From sequence record SRR33789315_88: 42,151 bases of DNA, one strand, 5' to 3'. Positions within the stretch are counted from its first letter, which is position 1, and each line of letters begins with the position of its first letter. A program made the position numbers and the translations under genes. Below are positions 28,782 through 39,300 of the stretch, one piece after another. Below the pieces are notes generated by a model. That model ran no database searches. It had not been told where the DNA came from and saw nothing but the letters and a program-made list of their open reading frames with translations.

Positions 28782-31106
28782 ATGAAGCTAACTGTTTATA
28801 AAGATAATCAAATTATACAGTCTATCGACCTTGAAAAAGAGGTTGGTGGTTCTTCGCGTATGTCTTTCCTAATGGGTCGAAGCTCGCAGTGTCACGTCGT
28901 CTTAGATAGTCCGCTTGTTTCAAGAGAGTTGGCGGAGCTAAGTTTTGTTAGCAATATTTGGTCTGTAAAGAAGACATCTGATTTAAATCAATTGATTGTT
29001 AATGGCGCATCTATAAGTGAAAAAATATTAGCGAATGGGGATATGATTACCTGTGGCCCATTTGTCGTGAGCGTTGAGTTACCTAACCAGTCTATCAATG
29101 CGATTTCAAATAGTAATGCACCAACCCCGTCAATGGATGAAGGTGAGAGTGCGACTGAAACATTAGCTTTGAATAATGAAGATGCTACAAAAGCATTGGA
29201 TATGGATGAAGTTGATGAACTCGGCGCCGATCTAGAAGATGAGCTTAGCGAAGATCTGGGTGGTGAGCTTGATGGAGATCTAGATGATGATCTAGGCGGC
29301 GATCTAGATGGTGAAATTGGAGCAGATTTAGGTGCTGATAATTTAGGCGATGAATTTGGCGAGGAAGTTGATACTAATGATGCAACTGAAAATGCGTTTG
29401 ATATGCCGGCAGAAGGGGAAGCAGAATTCGCCGATGCTGGTGAGTTTGAAGAAGCTGAATTTGCTGAAGGTGATGGCGCCTTAGATGTCTTAGATGATGA
29501 TGACTATGAAGATGATGACAGTACAAAAGTATTCACTGGATTTGCATCGTACTTCTTAGACTTATTTGGTGAGTACGCACCATACGATAAATATAAAATA
29601 GATAAAAATGAAATAAAAATCGGTCGAGACCCATCAAAAGCAGATATTGTCCTGCCTGATCCAGAAGTTTCAAGTGTACATGCCATTGTAAGAAAAGTCG
29701 GATCTGATTTAATGATTGAAGATCTGCAGTCCGGAAATGGAACACTACTTAATGGCGAAAGAATAAATAAGGCAGAACTGCATAATCATGATGAATTTTT
29801 AATTGGTTCTACAACCTTCACTGTGGCCATAACTTCGGACTTGTTAAAACAAGAAGAAGGCAGGTTGATGCCTGTTGAGCTCAATCAAGAAATTGAAGTT
29901 GAAGAAATCGTTGAGATTGATCCAGACAGTGAAGAGGCAGAAGGACTTGAGGGTGATGCCTTTGGTGATTCAAATGTTTCAAGTTCTGGCTCATTATTTT
30001 CAAAAGATGCCTTAAAGGATCCAGTAAAAAGGAAAAAGCTTTTATATATGGTCGTTGGTTTGCTTGCTTTGTGGACACTTTTGGATGAAGAGCAACCAGA
30101 AGCACCTAAACCAAAAGCCGCTGAATCAGTTGAGGCTACGGCAACTCCAACTGCTGAAGAACTCAATAAGCTCAAGCAAGCAAGTGATGCCTTTTCAAAA
30201 CTATCACCTGAAGAGCAAAAGTTTGTTGAAAATAATTATATTTTGGCTAAAGCATTATTTGACCAAGGAAAATATAATGAAGCCCTACTTGAGCTTCAAA
30301 AGATTTTCTCGCTTCTTCCTGATTACAAAAATGCCAGACAGATTGAAGATCTTGCAAAGCAGGGTCTAGCTAAACTTGAAGAACTCGCTAGAAAAGAGCA
30401 ACAAGAAAAAGAGAGAAAAGAGAGAACTGAAAAGGTCTCGGCTCTAACAATTAAAGCGAAAGAAGCAGTTAAGGAAAAAAATAGACTTGTTGCCGAGGCG
30501 TTGTTTGGCGAAATACTAAGGCTAGATCCTGAAAACTATGATGTACCCCAAATGCGTTTAGAGCTTGAGGCATGGCAAAAAGAACAAGACAGAATTAAAC
30601 TTGAGAAAGCTTCGGCTGAGGCTGAGCGAAAGCGAATGGTAGATTCACTTTCCCCAGGAAAAAACGCGTTTTTAGCAGAAGAGTGGTACCGCTCTATTGG
30701 TGAGCTCGAAAAATTCTTAGAAATTAAGAATATGGATGAGGATCTTGTAAAAGATGCTACTGATATGCTCAAAACTGCGAAGGCTGAAATCGATAAGCAG
30801 GTTAATCCTCTTTTAGGAAAAGCACGCTCCTTAAAAGAAGGTCAGGATTTAAAAGGTGCTTATGAACAATATAAGCAAATTTTAAAATTCAATCCGACTC
30901 AATTAGAAGCACTCAACGAAATGGATGCAATTAGAGAGGAGCTCTTTAGAAGATCTCAAAGAGTTTACCGTGAGGCGATTATTGCTGAATCTCTAAGTTT
31001 ATTTGATAACGCCAAAGAAAAATTTCAAGAGGTTCAACAAATTTCTCCAACTGATAGCGAGTACTATCAAAAAGCAACAGAGAAATTAAAGAACTATATT
31101 TACTAG
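28782..31106 (+). CDS. Tandem-FHA / acidic linker / TM / TPR protein
   Basis: Degenerate FHA (MGR, SREL), long D/E-rich linker, intact FHA (IGR, SSVH, SGNGT), TM helix, multiple TPR-like repeats. Confidence 0.8.
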   Translation: MKLTVYKDNQIIQSIDLEKEVGGSSRMSFLMGRSSQCHVVLDSPLVSRELAELSFVSNIWSVKKTSDLNQLIVNGASISEKILANGDMITCGPFVVSVELPNQSINAISNSNAPTPSMDEGESATETLALNNEDATKALDMDEVDELGADLEDELSEDLGGELDGDLDDDLGGDLDGEIGADLGADNLGDEFGEEVDTNDATENAFDMPAEGEAEFADAGEFEEAEFAEGDGALDVLDDDDYEDDDSTKVFTGFASYFLDLFGEYAPYDKYKIDKNEIKIGRDPSKADIVLPDPEVSSVHAIVRKVGSDLMIEDLQSGNGTLLNGERINKAELHNHDEFLIGSTTFTVAITSDLLKQEEGRLMPVELNQEIEVEEIVEIDPDSEEAEGLEGDAFGDSNVSSSGSLFSKDALKDPVKRKKLLYMVVGLLALWTLLDEEQPEAPKPKAAESVEATATPTAEELNKLKQASDAFSKLSPEEQKFVENNYILAKALFDQGKYNEALLELQKIFSLLPDYKNARQIEDLAKQGLAKLEELARKEQQEKERKERTEKVSALTIKAKEAVKEKNRLVAEALFGEILRLDPENYDVPQMRLELEAWQKEQDRIKLEKASAEAERKRMVDSLSPGKNAFLAEEWYRSIGELEKFLEIKNMDEDLVKDATDMLKTAKAEIDKQVNPLLGKARSLKEGQDLKGAYEQYKQILKFNPTQLEALNEMDAIREELFRRSQRVYREAIIAESLSLFDNAKEKFQEVQQISPTDSEYYQKATEKLKNYIY
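29214..29360 (+). repeat. Degenerate 12-bp coding repeat ([D/E]Lxx tetrapeptide)
   Basis: DELGADLEDELSEDLGGELDGDLDDDLGGDLDGEIGADLGA; GATCT(A/G)G recurring in 12-nt register. Confidence 0.6.
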
Positions 31107-31113
31107 GATTCTT

Positions 31114-31851
31114 ATGGAACTCAAAAGCTATGCCGCTAAATCACATCAAGGACCCTACCTTCAAGTTAATGAAGACGGAGTCGAAGTCGATCTCATGCAA
31201 AAGATCTATATGGTTTTCGATGGTTTTGGTGGCAGTAATGTTGGTGATAAGACAGTTGAGTTTTTGAAAGAAAATATTAAAAAATTCTATGGGAAAATTG
31301 GAGGAGATCCAGATGCGACTCTGCCATTTTTTTATAGTCCTAAATACTTGCTTGAAGGCAATGCCCTTCTTAATTCAATGCACTATGCACACTCCATGCT
31401 AAAAAAAGAAAATGCTCAAAAACCTATGCATGAAAGAGGTGGAGCATCGGCCATGGTTATTACTGAGGCTGATAATATTGTCACATTAGCTTCGACGGGA
31501 AATATCTGTGCATGGTCCTATAGAAGAGGAAAGTTATCTGCATTGCTGTTGCCTGATTCAATGGAATCCCTAGCAAGGGATAATCACGAAAAGACATATT
31601 ACACTACTCCACTATCGGCCTTTGGTTTATTCGATGACTTGCACGTTAGGATTGCTGAGTTTAGACCAAAAGAGGGCGACAAGCTGATTATTATGACCGA
31701 CGGAGCTTATGCTAGGCTTGATGATGGCGAGTTAAAGTATATTGTTGAAGGAAAGAATCATTCAGACCTTGATCGAATTCAAGAAATATTTGGAGTCGTA
31801 AACTCAAGAGGAAATTTAGACAATCAAAGTTGTCTCTTATTAAACTTCTGA
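31114..31851 (+). CDS. PP2C/PPM-family Ser/Thr phosphatase (possibly degenerate)
   Basis: NED, FDGFGG, MTDG, DNQS motifs; GDSR motif replaced by GNIC. Confidence 0.8.
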   Translation: MELKSYAAKSHQGPYLQVNEDGVEVDLMQKIYMVFDGFGGSNVGDKTVEFLKENIKKFYGKIGGDPDATLPFFYSPKYLLEGNALLNSMHYAHSMLKKENAQKPMHERGGASAMVITEADNIVTLASTGNICAWSYRRGKLSALLLPDSMESLARDNHEKTYYTTPLSAFGLFDDLHVRIAEFRPKEGDKLIIMTDGAYARLDDGELKYIVEGKNHSDLDRIQEIFGVVNSRGNLDNQSCLLLNF

Positions 31852-31933
31852 TTCCAGATTCCATTAGTCGGAAAATCAACAGATTGGTTGCCTTCGTCGA
31901 CTCCTAGTGCGAAAATGTTGTCCTGGAGTTCAA

Positions 31934-33367
31934 ATGGCAGATAAAATTCTTGTAGCAGATGACAGTCTAACAATTCAAAAGGTTGTAGCCATTACTTTGG
32001 CTAATGAGCCATGGGTAATTGTTGAAGCAGTTGATGAAAGTGAGCTTTTTGGTAAGTTAAGAGGCGGGGACTATAACCTCGTTTTGCTCGATTTCAATCT
32101 ATCTGAATCAAAGTCTGGTTATGAACTTGTCCAAGAAATTAAAAGTCTATCTCCACATGTAAAAGTTCTGACGATGCTTGGTACATTTGATTCTATTGAT
32201 GATGATCAATTAGATCAAAGTGGAGCCGATGGAAAAATAGTAAAGCCATTTGATTCTTCAAAATTCATTCAAAAGTGTAGAGAACTAATTAATGCTAGCG
32301 AAAGCAGCGTAGATTTATCCTCAGAAGAGGAAGAAAGTCTTGCATTTGAGGATCAAGCTTCAATTCAAGATGAAGTTATGGAAGATAATAGTTTTGAGGA
32401 TGACTCTGAAGGCTGGGTCATGGATTCACCGTCTGTTTCTCATTCGGAATCAGAAGAAGATGAGTCTTTGTCTGATACTTGGGATGAGGAGACCTCACCT
32501 GGCATATCAATGGATAGTATTTCAAGTGCTGAATCAAAGCATGAAGACAAGTTGATGAATGAGCTGCAGGGTTGGGGAGTCAGTATTCCTGATCCAATCG
32601 GCGCAACAAAAGAAAAAGCTCAAAGAGTTCCACCCGTTATTGGCGGTGGTGATATGGAGAAAGACTTTCTTTGGGACGATGATTCAAGCAGTTCAGAAGA
32701 ATCAAGTGAAGAGATTAGCTTTAGTATTGATTCACAAATTAATGAGCCAGTTATTGGTTCAGTTGGTGAAGAAGAAGATGTTTATCCTAAAACAGATGAT
32801 TTAGATTATCCTGACTTTGGGTCATTATCAGAAATTTCAGACTTCGATAACTCAGCTACAAAACCTGCACCACAAATGATTTCATTGGATCAACTTAGTC
32901 CTGAAGACGATGAGTTACCGCTGCAAATTGTAAGAGAAGATGAGCCGATTAGACATGAGTTGGTTAAAGAAATAGAAGATGAGCTTTCGCCAGATGATTT
33001 TTGGGCAGCAGATGATTCGACTGCAACAGAGCTACCAACTCAAAAGTATAGCGATGAGGAAGATGATGATTCTCGAGAGAGTTTTGTCGTTGGTGTGGGT
33101 GATCCATTGGCTCCTATTGAGCCAGTTAAGCCTTCTGAAAAACTTAATGTCGAAATTTCACAGCAAAAGAATTTCCAACCAGCAGTTGATGAAGATGCAA
33201 TAGTAAAACGTGTAACTGAAATCCTTGCACCAATGATTGAAGATATTGTTAAACGTTATATGGAAGAAAAGGTTGAGAAGGTTGCATGGGAAATTATTCC
33301 AGATGTAGCCGAAAACTTAATTCGAAAAGAAATTAAAGAGCTGTCGCAATCAACCCGTAACTCTTAG
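31934..33367 (+). CDS. romR: RomR-like polarity response regulator
   Basis: Receiver ILVADDSLTIQKVV...LLD...KPF, long acidic disordered linker, C-terminal VEKVAWEIIPDVAENLIRKEI typical of RomR; ATG 31934 after GGAG. Confidence 0.85.
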   Translation: MADKILVADDSLTIQKVVAITLANEPWVIVEAVDESELFGKLRGGDYNLVLLDFNLSESKSGYELVQEIKSLSPHVKVLTMLGTFDSIDDDQLDQSGADGKIVKPFDSSKFIQKCRELINASESSVDLSSEEEESLAFEDQASIQDEVMEDNSFEDDSEGWVMDSPSVSHSESEEDESLSDTWDEETSPGISMDSISSAESKHEDKLMNELQGWGVSIPDPIGATKEKAQRVPPVIGGGDMEKDFLWDDDSSSSEESSEEISFSIDSQINEPVIGSVGEEEDVYPKTDDLDYPDFGSLSEISDFDNSATKPAPQMISLDQLSPEDDELPLQIVREDEPIRHELVKEIEDELSPDDFWAADDSTATELPTQKYSDEEDDDSRESFVVGVGDPLAPIEPVKPSEKLNVEISQQKNFQPAVDEDAIVKRVTEILAPMIEDIVKRYMEEKVEKVAWEIIPDVAENLIRKEIKELSQSTRNS

Positions 33368-34036
33368 GCTTCCAGTATAAACCTTGACGGTGCTGTCTTG
33401 ATCTTTCAAAATAGCAGCACCAAGTTCATCAATACCAATAAATAAACCTTTTGATTTCTGATCCCCATCCGTAATCTCAACTTTCTTATTTAAGTGAAAA
33501 CAGTGTTGATTCCACTTTTGCGAAGAAAAGCTCTCAGATTGAATAATATAATTGTAGATGTTCTCAGCCATTTCTTTTTTATTAATAGATTTTAAATTTA
33601 AATGACTAATTGGGTAGGAGAGATCTTTAACAGCAGAATAATCCGATTGATCAAAATACAGATTTAAACCAATTCCAACTAAGACATAATTAGGATTTAA
33701 AACCTGACATAAAATACCACCGACTTTTTCACCTTCTTCATTTAACAAATCATTTGGCCACTTAAGCGATAGGGAAATATTTTGATTTTGAAAAAAATTG
33801 CATAGTGCTAGTGCCATATGTAGTGGCGTTAAACTTAGTTGTTCCTGTGATTTAATAGAGAAGCTCATGGCTAAAGAGTGATCACTTGAATGCCATTGAT
33901 TGCCTCTACGTCCCACTCCGGATGTTTGCTTTTGCGTAGAAACCAAAAGGTGGGGGTCTGTCATATCATGCTGTGCCCAAAAATCTTTAAAGCTGCTTTG
34001 AGTCGACAGGCATGTCTCTAAAAAATGGTGCTTCAT
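33350..34036 (-). CDS. birA: Biotin--protein ligase (no N-terminal HTH)
   Basis: QTSGVGRRGNQW, KWPNDL, KVGGIL, VGIGLN; start placed at ATG 34036. Confidence 0.92.
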   Translation of the reverse strand: MKHHFLETCLSTQSSFKDFWAQHDMTDPHLLVSTQKQTSGVGRRGNQWHSSDHSLAMSFSIKSQEQLSLTPLHMALALCNFFQNQNISLSLKWPNDLLNEEGEKVGGILCQVLNPNYVLVGIGLNLYFDQSDYSAVKDLSYPISHLNLKSINKKEMAENIYNYIIQSESFSSQKWNQHCFHLNKKVEITDGDQKSKGLFIGIDELGAAILKDQDSTVKVYTGSLRVTG

Positions 34037-34111
34037 CTTTGCCTTCGTTGAAAAAGCTCCTGTCACAGGATAACTTAACCTCAACTTTCCCTCTGATGAC
34101 AGGAGTTGTCC

Positions 34112-34819
34112 ATGTCCTTAATTGAACGCTTAGATCCTCGCGAAGTACGATTTACGAAAAATATTAATCCATACGCTAAAGGTAGCGTGATGGCAGAATT
34201 TGGAAATACCAAAGTTCATATTACGGCCACAGTAGAAGAGAGTGTGCCACCATTTTTACGTGGTAAAAATCAAGGTTGGGTAACAGCAGAGTATAATATG
34301 CTTCCATCATCAACACATACACGTTCTCATCGTGAGCGTGGCAAGATTGGTGGACGTACAATGGAGATTCAACGTTTGATCGGAAGGTCTCTTCGTTCAA
34401 TCATCGATCTTGATAAATTAGGTGAGCGCTCGATTACACTTGATTGTGATGTCTTAGTAGCTGATGGTGGCACAAGAACAACTTCTATTTCTGGTGCTTT
34501 CGTTGCCTTAAGTTTGGCCGTGCAAGAGCTAATGAAAGAAGGCCTACTTAAAGAAAATCCAATTAAAGAACAACTTGCTGCTCTTAGTGTTGGTGTAAAA
34601 CTAGATGGCAAAATTATTGCGGATCTAAACTACGAAGAAGATTCAACTTGTGGCACTGATATGAATATCGTGATGACTAGCAGTGGACGCTTTGTTGAAA
34701 TTCAAGGAACAGCTGAAGAAGAACCATTTACTAAAGACCAGCTCGCAGCTCTTCTTGAGTGTGCTGAATCAGCTCTTAAAGTTGTGTTTGCAGCACAAAA
34801 TAAGGTTCTAAGTGTCTAG
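34112..34819 (+). CDS. rph: Ribonuclease PH
   Basis: [35 protein letters not shown] 34112 after AGGAG. Confidence 0.97.
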   Translation: MSLIERLDPREVRFTKNINPYAKGSVMAEFGNTKVHITATVEESVPPFLRGKNQGWVTAEYNMLPSSTHTRSHRERGKIGGRTMEIQRLIGRSLRSIIDLDKLGERSITLDCDVLVADGGTRTTSISGAFVALSLAVQELMKEGLLKENPIKEQLAALSVGVKLDGKIIADLNYEEDSTCGTDMNIVMTSSGRFVEIQGTAEEEPFTKDQLAALLECAESALKVVFAAQNKVLSV

Positions 34820-35420
34820 GCCTTATCAATTTATTCTAGCCTCAGGAAACGCTCACAAAGCTTCTGAGTTTAGTGAGCTTTTAAATCCTGAGGTGATTGC
34901 TGTTAGTGCTGCTAGTGAAAAGCTTGATGTGGTTGAAGATGGTAAGTCATTTCAGGCCAACGCTTTGTTAAAAGCGAAGGCTTATTTTGATAAATATCAA
35001 AAACCGGTTGTCGCAGATGATTCAGGCTTAGTTGTAAATGCTCTTCCAGGAGAGTTGGGAATTCATAGCGCTAGGTTTGGCGGTGAAGGCAAATCTGATC
35101 AGCAACGTTATGAGCTTTTACTTGAAAAGATGAAGGATCAAACAGATCGAAATGCCTATTTTGTTTGTTTGCTATGTTTTTATTTTTCACCTGAAAAAAT
35201 ATTCTTTTTTGAAGGTAGGCTGCAAGGAAGTATTGGGCATGAGGCAAAAGGTGGCCATGGCTTCGGTTATGACCCAGTATTCATCCCAACCAAGCTTTCA
35301 GAGGGAAAAAGCTTTGCAGAAGACCCAAATTTCAAAGCAAAGCACTCTCATCGCGCTGTGGCGTGTCAGCAAGCTGAAAGCTTTTTTAAAGGATTTAACG
35401 AAACCGTGGACAAGTCCTAA
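34812..35420 (+). CDS. rdgB: Non-canonical purine NTP pyrophosphatase
   Basis: [24 protein letters not shown]; follows rph. Confidence 0.95.
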   Translation: MSRPYQFILASGNAHKASEFSELLNPEVIAVSAASEKLDVVEDGKSFQANALLKAKAYFDKYQKPVVADDSGLVVNALPGELGIHSARFGGEGKSDQQRYELLLEKMKDQTDRNAYFVCLLCFYFSPEKIFFFEGRLQGSIGHEAKGGHGFGYDPVFIPTKLSEGKSFAEDPNFKAKHSHRAVACQQAESFFKGFNETVDKS

Positions 35421-35435
35421 AACAGACATTATAAA
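35407..35435 (+). promoter_or_regulatory. Sigma70-like promoter for tRNA-Pro
   Basis: TGGACA-17 nt-TATAAA ending 11 nt before the tRNA. Confidence 0.6.
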
Positions 35436-35446
35436 GTATGTCCAAT

Positions 35447-35523
<77 letters not shown>

Positions 35524-35540
35524 TTCTTTCCAAATAATAA

Positions 35541-35570
35541 AGGAGTCCACTAGGGCTCCTTTTTTGTTTT
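35541..35570 (+). terminator. Intrinsic terminator after tRNA-Pro
   Basis: AGGAGTCC-acta-GGGCTCCT followed by TTTTTGTTTT. Confidence 0.85.
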
Positions 35571-35638
35571 TACTTTCTCGCCTTGTTTGAGTCCGAACTT
35601 CGATCAATAATAGATAGAGATAAATTTAACGTTGAGAT

Positions 35639-36097
35639 GTGATGATGATTAATTCTAGTAAGTTTTCTATGTGGCGCGCCTGTATCTCTGTTGTCCATCT
35701 TGATGGGCGATTAACAACTGATGAGGACCAGTGGGTAAAGCAGAAAATCGAATCGTTGCCTCTGTCACAAGAGCAAAAAGCAATCTTGCAACAAGATCTC
35801 TCAAACGGAATTGATTTTGATAGCGTCATCGCAGATATATCTGAGCCTAAAGACAAGGCATTTTTATTGCACTTGCTAAGAGTGATCGCTCATCTTGATG
35901 GTGATTTTTCAAGCGATGAAAAACAGGCCTACGCAAAGCTTGAAAAGATCGTTCTAAGCAGGCTTGATCTGGCTAAATTTGAAAAGCAAGCTCAAGAGAT
36001 CGAGGATGCCAGCTATAAAAATGTACCCCTAGATAATAAAAGTTCACTGTTCGAAGCAGTCATTAAAAACATCGTTTCATTTCTTACGGCCGGCTAA
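35639..36097 (+). CDS. TerB/DjlA-N-like protein
   Basis: Two copies of HLDGxxxxDE (VVHLDGRLTTDE, IAHLDGDFSSDE). Confidence 0.7.
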   Translation: MMMINSSKFSMWRACISVVHLDGRLTTDEDQWVKQKIESLPLSQEQKAILQQDLSNGIDFDSVIADISEPKDKAFLLHLLRVIAHLDGDFSSDEKQAYAKLEKIVLSRLDLAKFEKQAQEIEDASYKNVPLDNKSSLFEAVIKNIVSFLTAG

Positions 36098-36261
36098 GGG
36101 CCCGAAAATTCGCATATGTAAAAAAGAGTTGAAAATATTTCTTTTTTGCACAATGCATAAGGCCATTGATTTAAAGCTGTTACGGCCCGCCGCGGCCTAG
36201 CAAAAGCCTTGTCGGACCGCACTTTCCCGTGTCATCGTATAGGGGCAGAACGGATTTCTGT

Positions 36262-36278
36262 CACACAACACACACAAC
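36262..36278 (+). promoter_or_regulatory. CA-rich element upstream of the smc RBS
   Basis: CACACAACACACACAAC ending 12 nt before GGAGG (36291-36295). Confidence 0.45.
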
Positions 36279-36301
36279 GCATCCAAGCGCGGAGGCCTCG
36301 C

Positions 36302-39300
36302 TTGAAATTAAAACGTCTAATAGTTCAGGGTTTTAAATCCTTTAAAGATCGTACAGTCATTCATTTCGATGATGGTATTACAGGAATCGTTGGTCCCAAC
36401 GGTTGCGGTAAATCTAATATTGTTGATGCCCTCTTTTGGGTAATGGGTGAGCAATCAGCAAAACACCTTCGTGGTAATTCCATGAAAGATGTAATCTTTG
36501 CTGGTTCATCAAAATATTCTCCAGGCTCGTTTGCTGAAGCAACACTTGTTTTAGAAAACGTTCACGGAAAACATATTCACATTGGTAATAAAGTTTCTTC
36601 TCCAACTGAAATTCAGTTAACAAGAAAACTTTATCGTAACGGTGAGACTGAATATCGTATTAATAACGAGCCAGCTCGTCTTCGCGATATTCAAGAAGTA
36701 TTCATGGATACTGGTGCCGGTGCAAAGTCGTATTCAATTATTGCTCAAGGTGAAATTAACAGACTTGTTCAGGCTAAGCCTGAAGAACGTCGTACCATGA
36801 TTGAAGAAGTTGCTGGTATTACAAAATTCAAAATGAGAAAGCGCGAGTCTTTAAAGAAAATTGAGGCGACTCAATCAAACCTTTCAAGACTAAATGATCT
36901 TCAAGCTGAAATTGAAAAGCAATTGAAAGCGCTTGAAAAACAAGCAGAAAAAGCTGAGCGCGCTAAAACGCTTAAAGAAAAAATTCGTCGTAATGAATTA
37001 GTGACTGTTTCTCACCGTGTATTTGATCTCTTAAAAAATCTAAGAGACGGCGCCACTATGGTTAATGAGAAACGCCTTGAAGTTGAAAGCTGGACACTAG
37101 AAAAAGAACAGTTTGAAGTTTCACTCGCAGACGAGCGTCTTAACAAAGACGAGCAAACTGATCGTATCGAAGAATATCAAAAAGAATATAATGAGCTTTC
37201 AAGAAACCTTGCCGGAGCCGAAGAGCGCTTGAATTCACTTTGTCGTGAACAAAGTGAAAAAGAAAAGCAATTAGAGCAACGTGAAAAAGATCTTGAAGAA
37301 GCAAAACTTGAAGTGGCCAACAGGACTGAGCGCTTAGAAAAACTTTTTTCTGAACGTGAAGAAGTTGAAGCTCAAGGGCGTGAAGAGCATGATTTTGCTG
37401 CTCTTGAAGAAAAAGTTGAAGCTTTAAAAGAAGAACTTGAACTTAGAAATGATACACTTTCAAATCTTGAAGAAGAAGTAAGTGTGGCGAGAAAAAGTCT
37501 TACTGATGTTGATCAGCAAGTTTTCAAAAATAGCTCTCGCCTTGAAGAGTACTCTGCACAGCTACAAGACCTTGCAGCGGAAATTGAAGCACTTGAAAAA
37601 CAATATTCAGGTGTATCAACACAAATTGCTGATGAGCGCGATGCTGTTAACGAAACAGCTGACCAGATGGAAGAGCTTACGATTCAGGATCAAGCTCACC
37701 GTCAGAATCTCGAGTTACTATCAACCGAAGTAAAAGAACTAGAAAAAGATCACGCCATTAAAAGTCGTGAGCTTATCCAATCAGAAAGTAAGCTTTCTTC
37801 CCTTATTGAAATCAATAAGTCGCTTGAAGGTGTTAAGGCTGGTGCCGCGAACTTCCTTGAAGGTCGTGATGACGATGCCTTTAGCCTACTTGGAAATCTT
37901 ATTCGTTCAGAAGAAGCAGATACGGCAGGCGTGCAAATGCTATTGGCCGATATTGTTAATACTCTTATTGCTCGCGACGAAAACGGTGCAACTGAGCTTG
38001 TGTCTTGGCTTCAAGGTAAAGAGGATATCTCCTTAGACTTCCTTCAAGGTGAAGCACCAAAAACAAGTGTTGAAAGCGAAGAGCGTCTACGTCTTCAGGG
38101 TCTTCAAGATTTAAGAGCACTTAATGATGTTGTTCAAATCACAGAAGGCTATGAAGCTCGCGTTCGTCCTCTTCTTCACGGTCTTTATCTTTCAAATGAA
38201 CTAACTCAAACTCTAGCTAGTGAGCTTTCGGCGCAAATTACGTACCGTGGTATCGCTCATCCAAATGGCACTGTGGCGATCAAGAATCACCATGGTGTAA
38301 AAGTCGTTAGTTTTGCAGGTGCAGGCGCTGAAGAAAATGGTGTCGTTGCTAGAAATAATAAAATTGAATCCCTTACGATAAAAGTTGCTGAGCTTGAAGG
38401 TATTCTTTCAAGCTTAACAGAAGTTCTTGATGCTAAAAGAACGACTCTAGAAGATCTTAAATTCACAGCAGACCAAGTTCGTGAAAACTTATCAGATGTT
38501 AGAGCGGATCACGCTGCTAAAAAATCAGCCCTTGAAGGCAAGCTTGCAGGGATGGAAAGCGGTACAAGCCGTCTAGAAATTCTTAAGAAGAGAAAATCAG
38601 AAACTTCTAAGGCGAGAGTTGATCTACTTGAAAGTGATGACAAGTTAACCAAAAGCCAAGAGCAGTTTAAAGCTGACCTTGAAGAAAAAGAATCACAATT
38701 TGAAGCTCTATCTGAAGAAGCTTCAATGCTTCGTGATCAATTTGACAGTGAAAGACAAGAACTTCTTGAAAAACAAGCAATGGCCAAAGGTTATAATGAT
38801 CGTATGGCTTCATTTGTTTCTCAAATTGAAGATGTTGAAGCTCAGATTGCTAGATTAGAGCAAAGAGTGACAACAACTGAAGAAACAATTGAGAAAATTA
38901 CAACTCAAATTGCTGAAACTGAAACAGAGCTTCAATCTCTTGAAGCTTCAAACCAGGAAGCGGCTTCTGTTCTTCAAGATAAAGAAGAAGCGCTATCGAT
39001 GCTTAAAGATCAGCTTGTTGTTCTTCTTCAAAGCATGCAAGAGCGTGAAGATAAGGTTAAAGAGCTCTCGAAAAAGATCGTTGCTAACGAAAAAGAAATG
39101 GCCCTTCACGAGTCAAAGCTTGGTCAATGGCTTACTGAAGAAGAGCAGAACGTTCGTGATGGATTTGAAAAATACAGAGTTGATCTTAGAAAAACGATTG
39201 GTCAATTCCTTGAGTATACTGAAGATCAGTATCTTGAACTTAATGATCTATCTAGTATGTACCAGATGGAATCAGAAAATGGTCCAGTCACTCTTGAGGC

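Noticed and set aside
36209-36301. 31-aa N-terminal extension of SMC in the ORF track
   Set aside because: GGAGG precedes TTG 36302, which gives the canonical MKLKRL start; the region is better read as leader.
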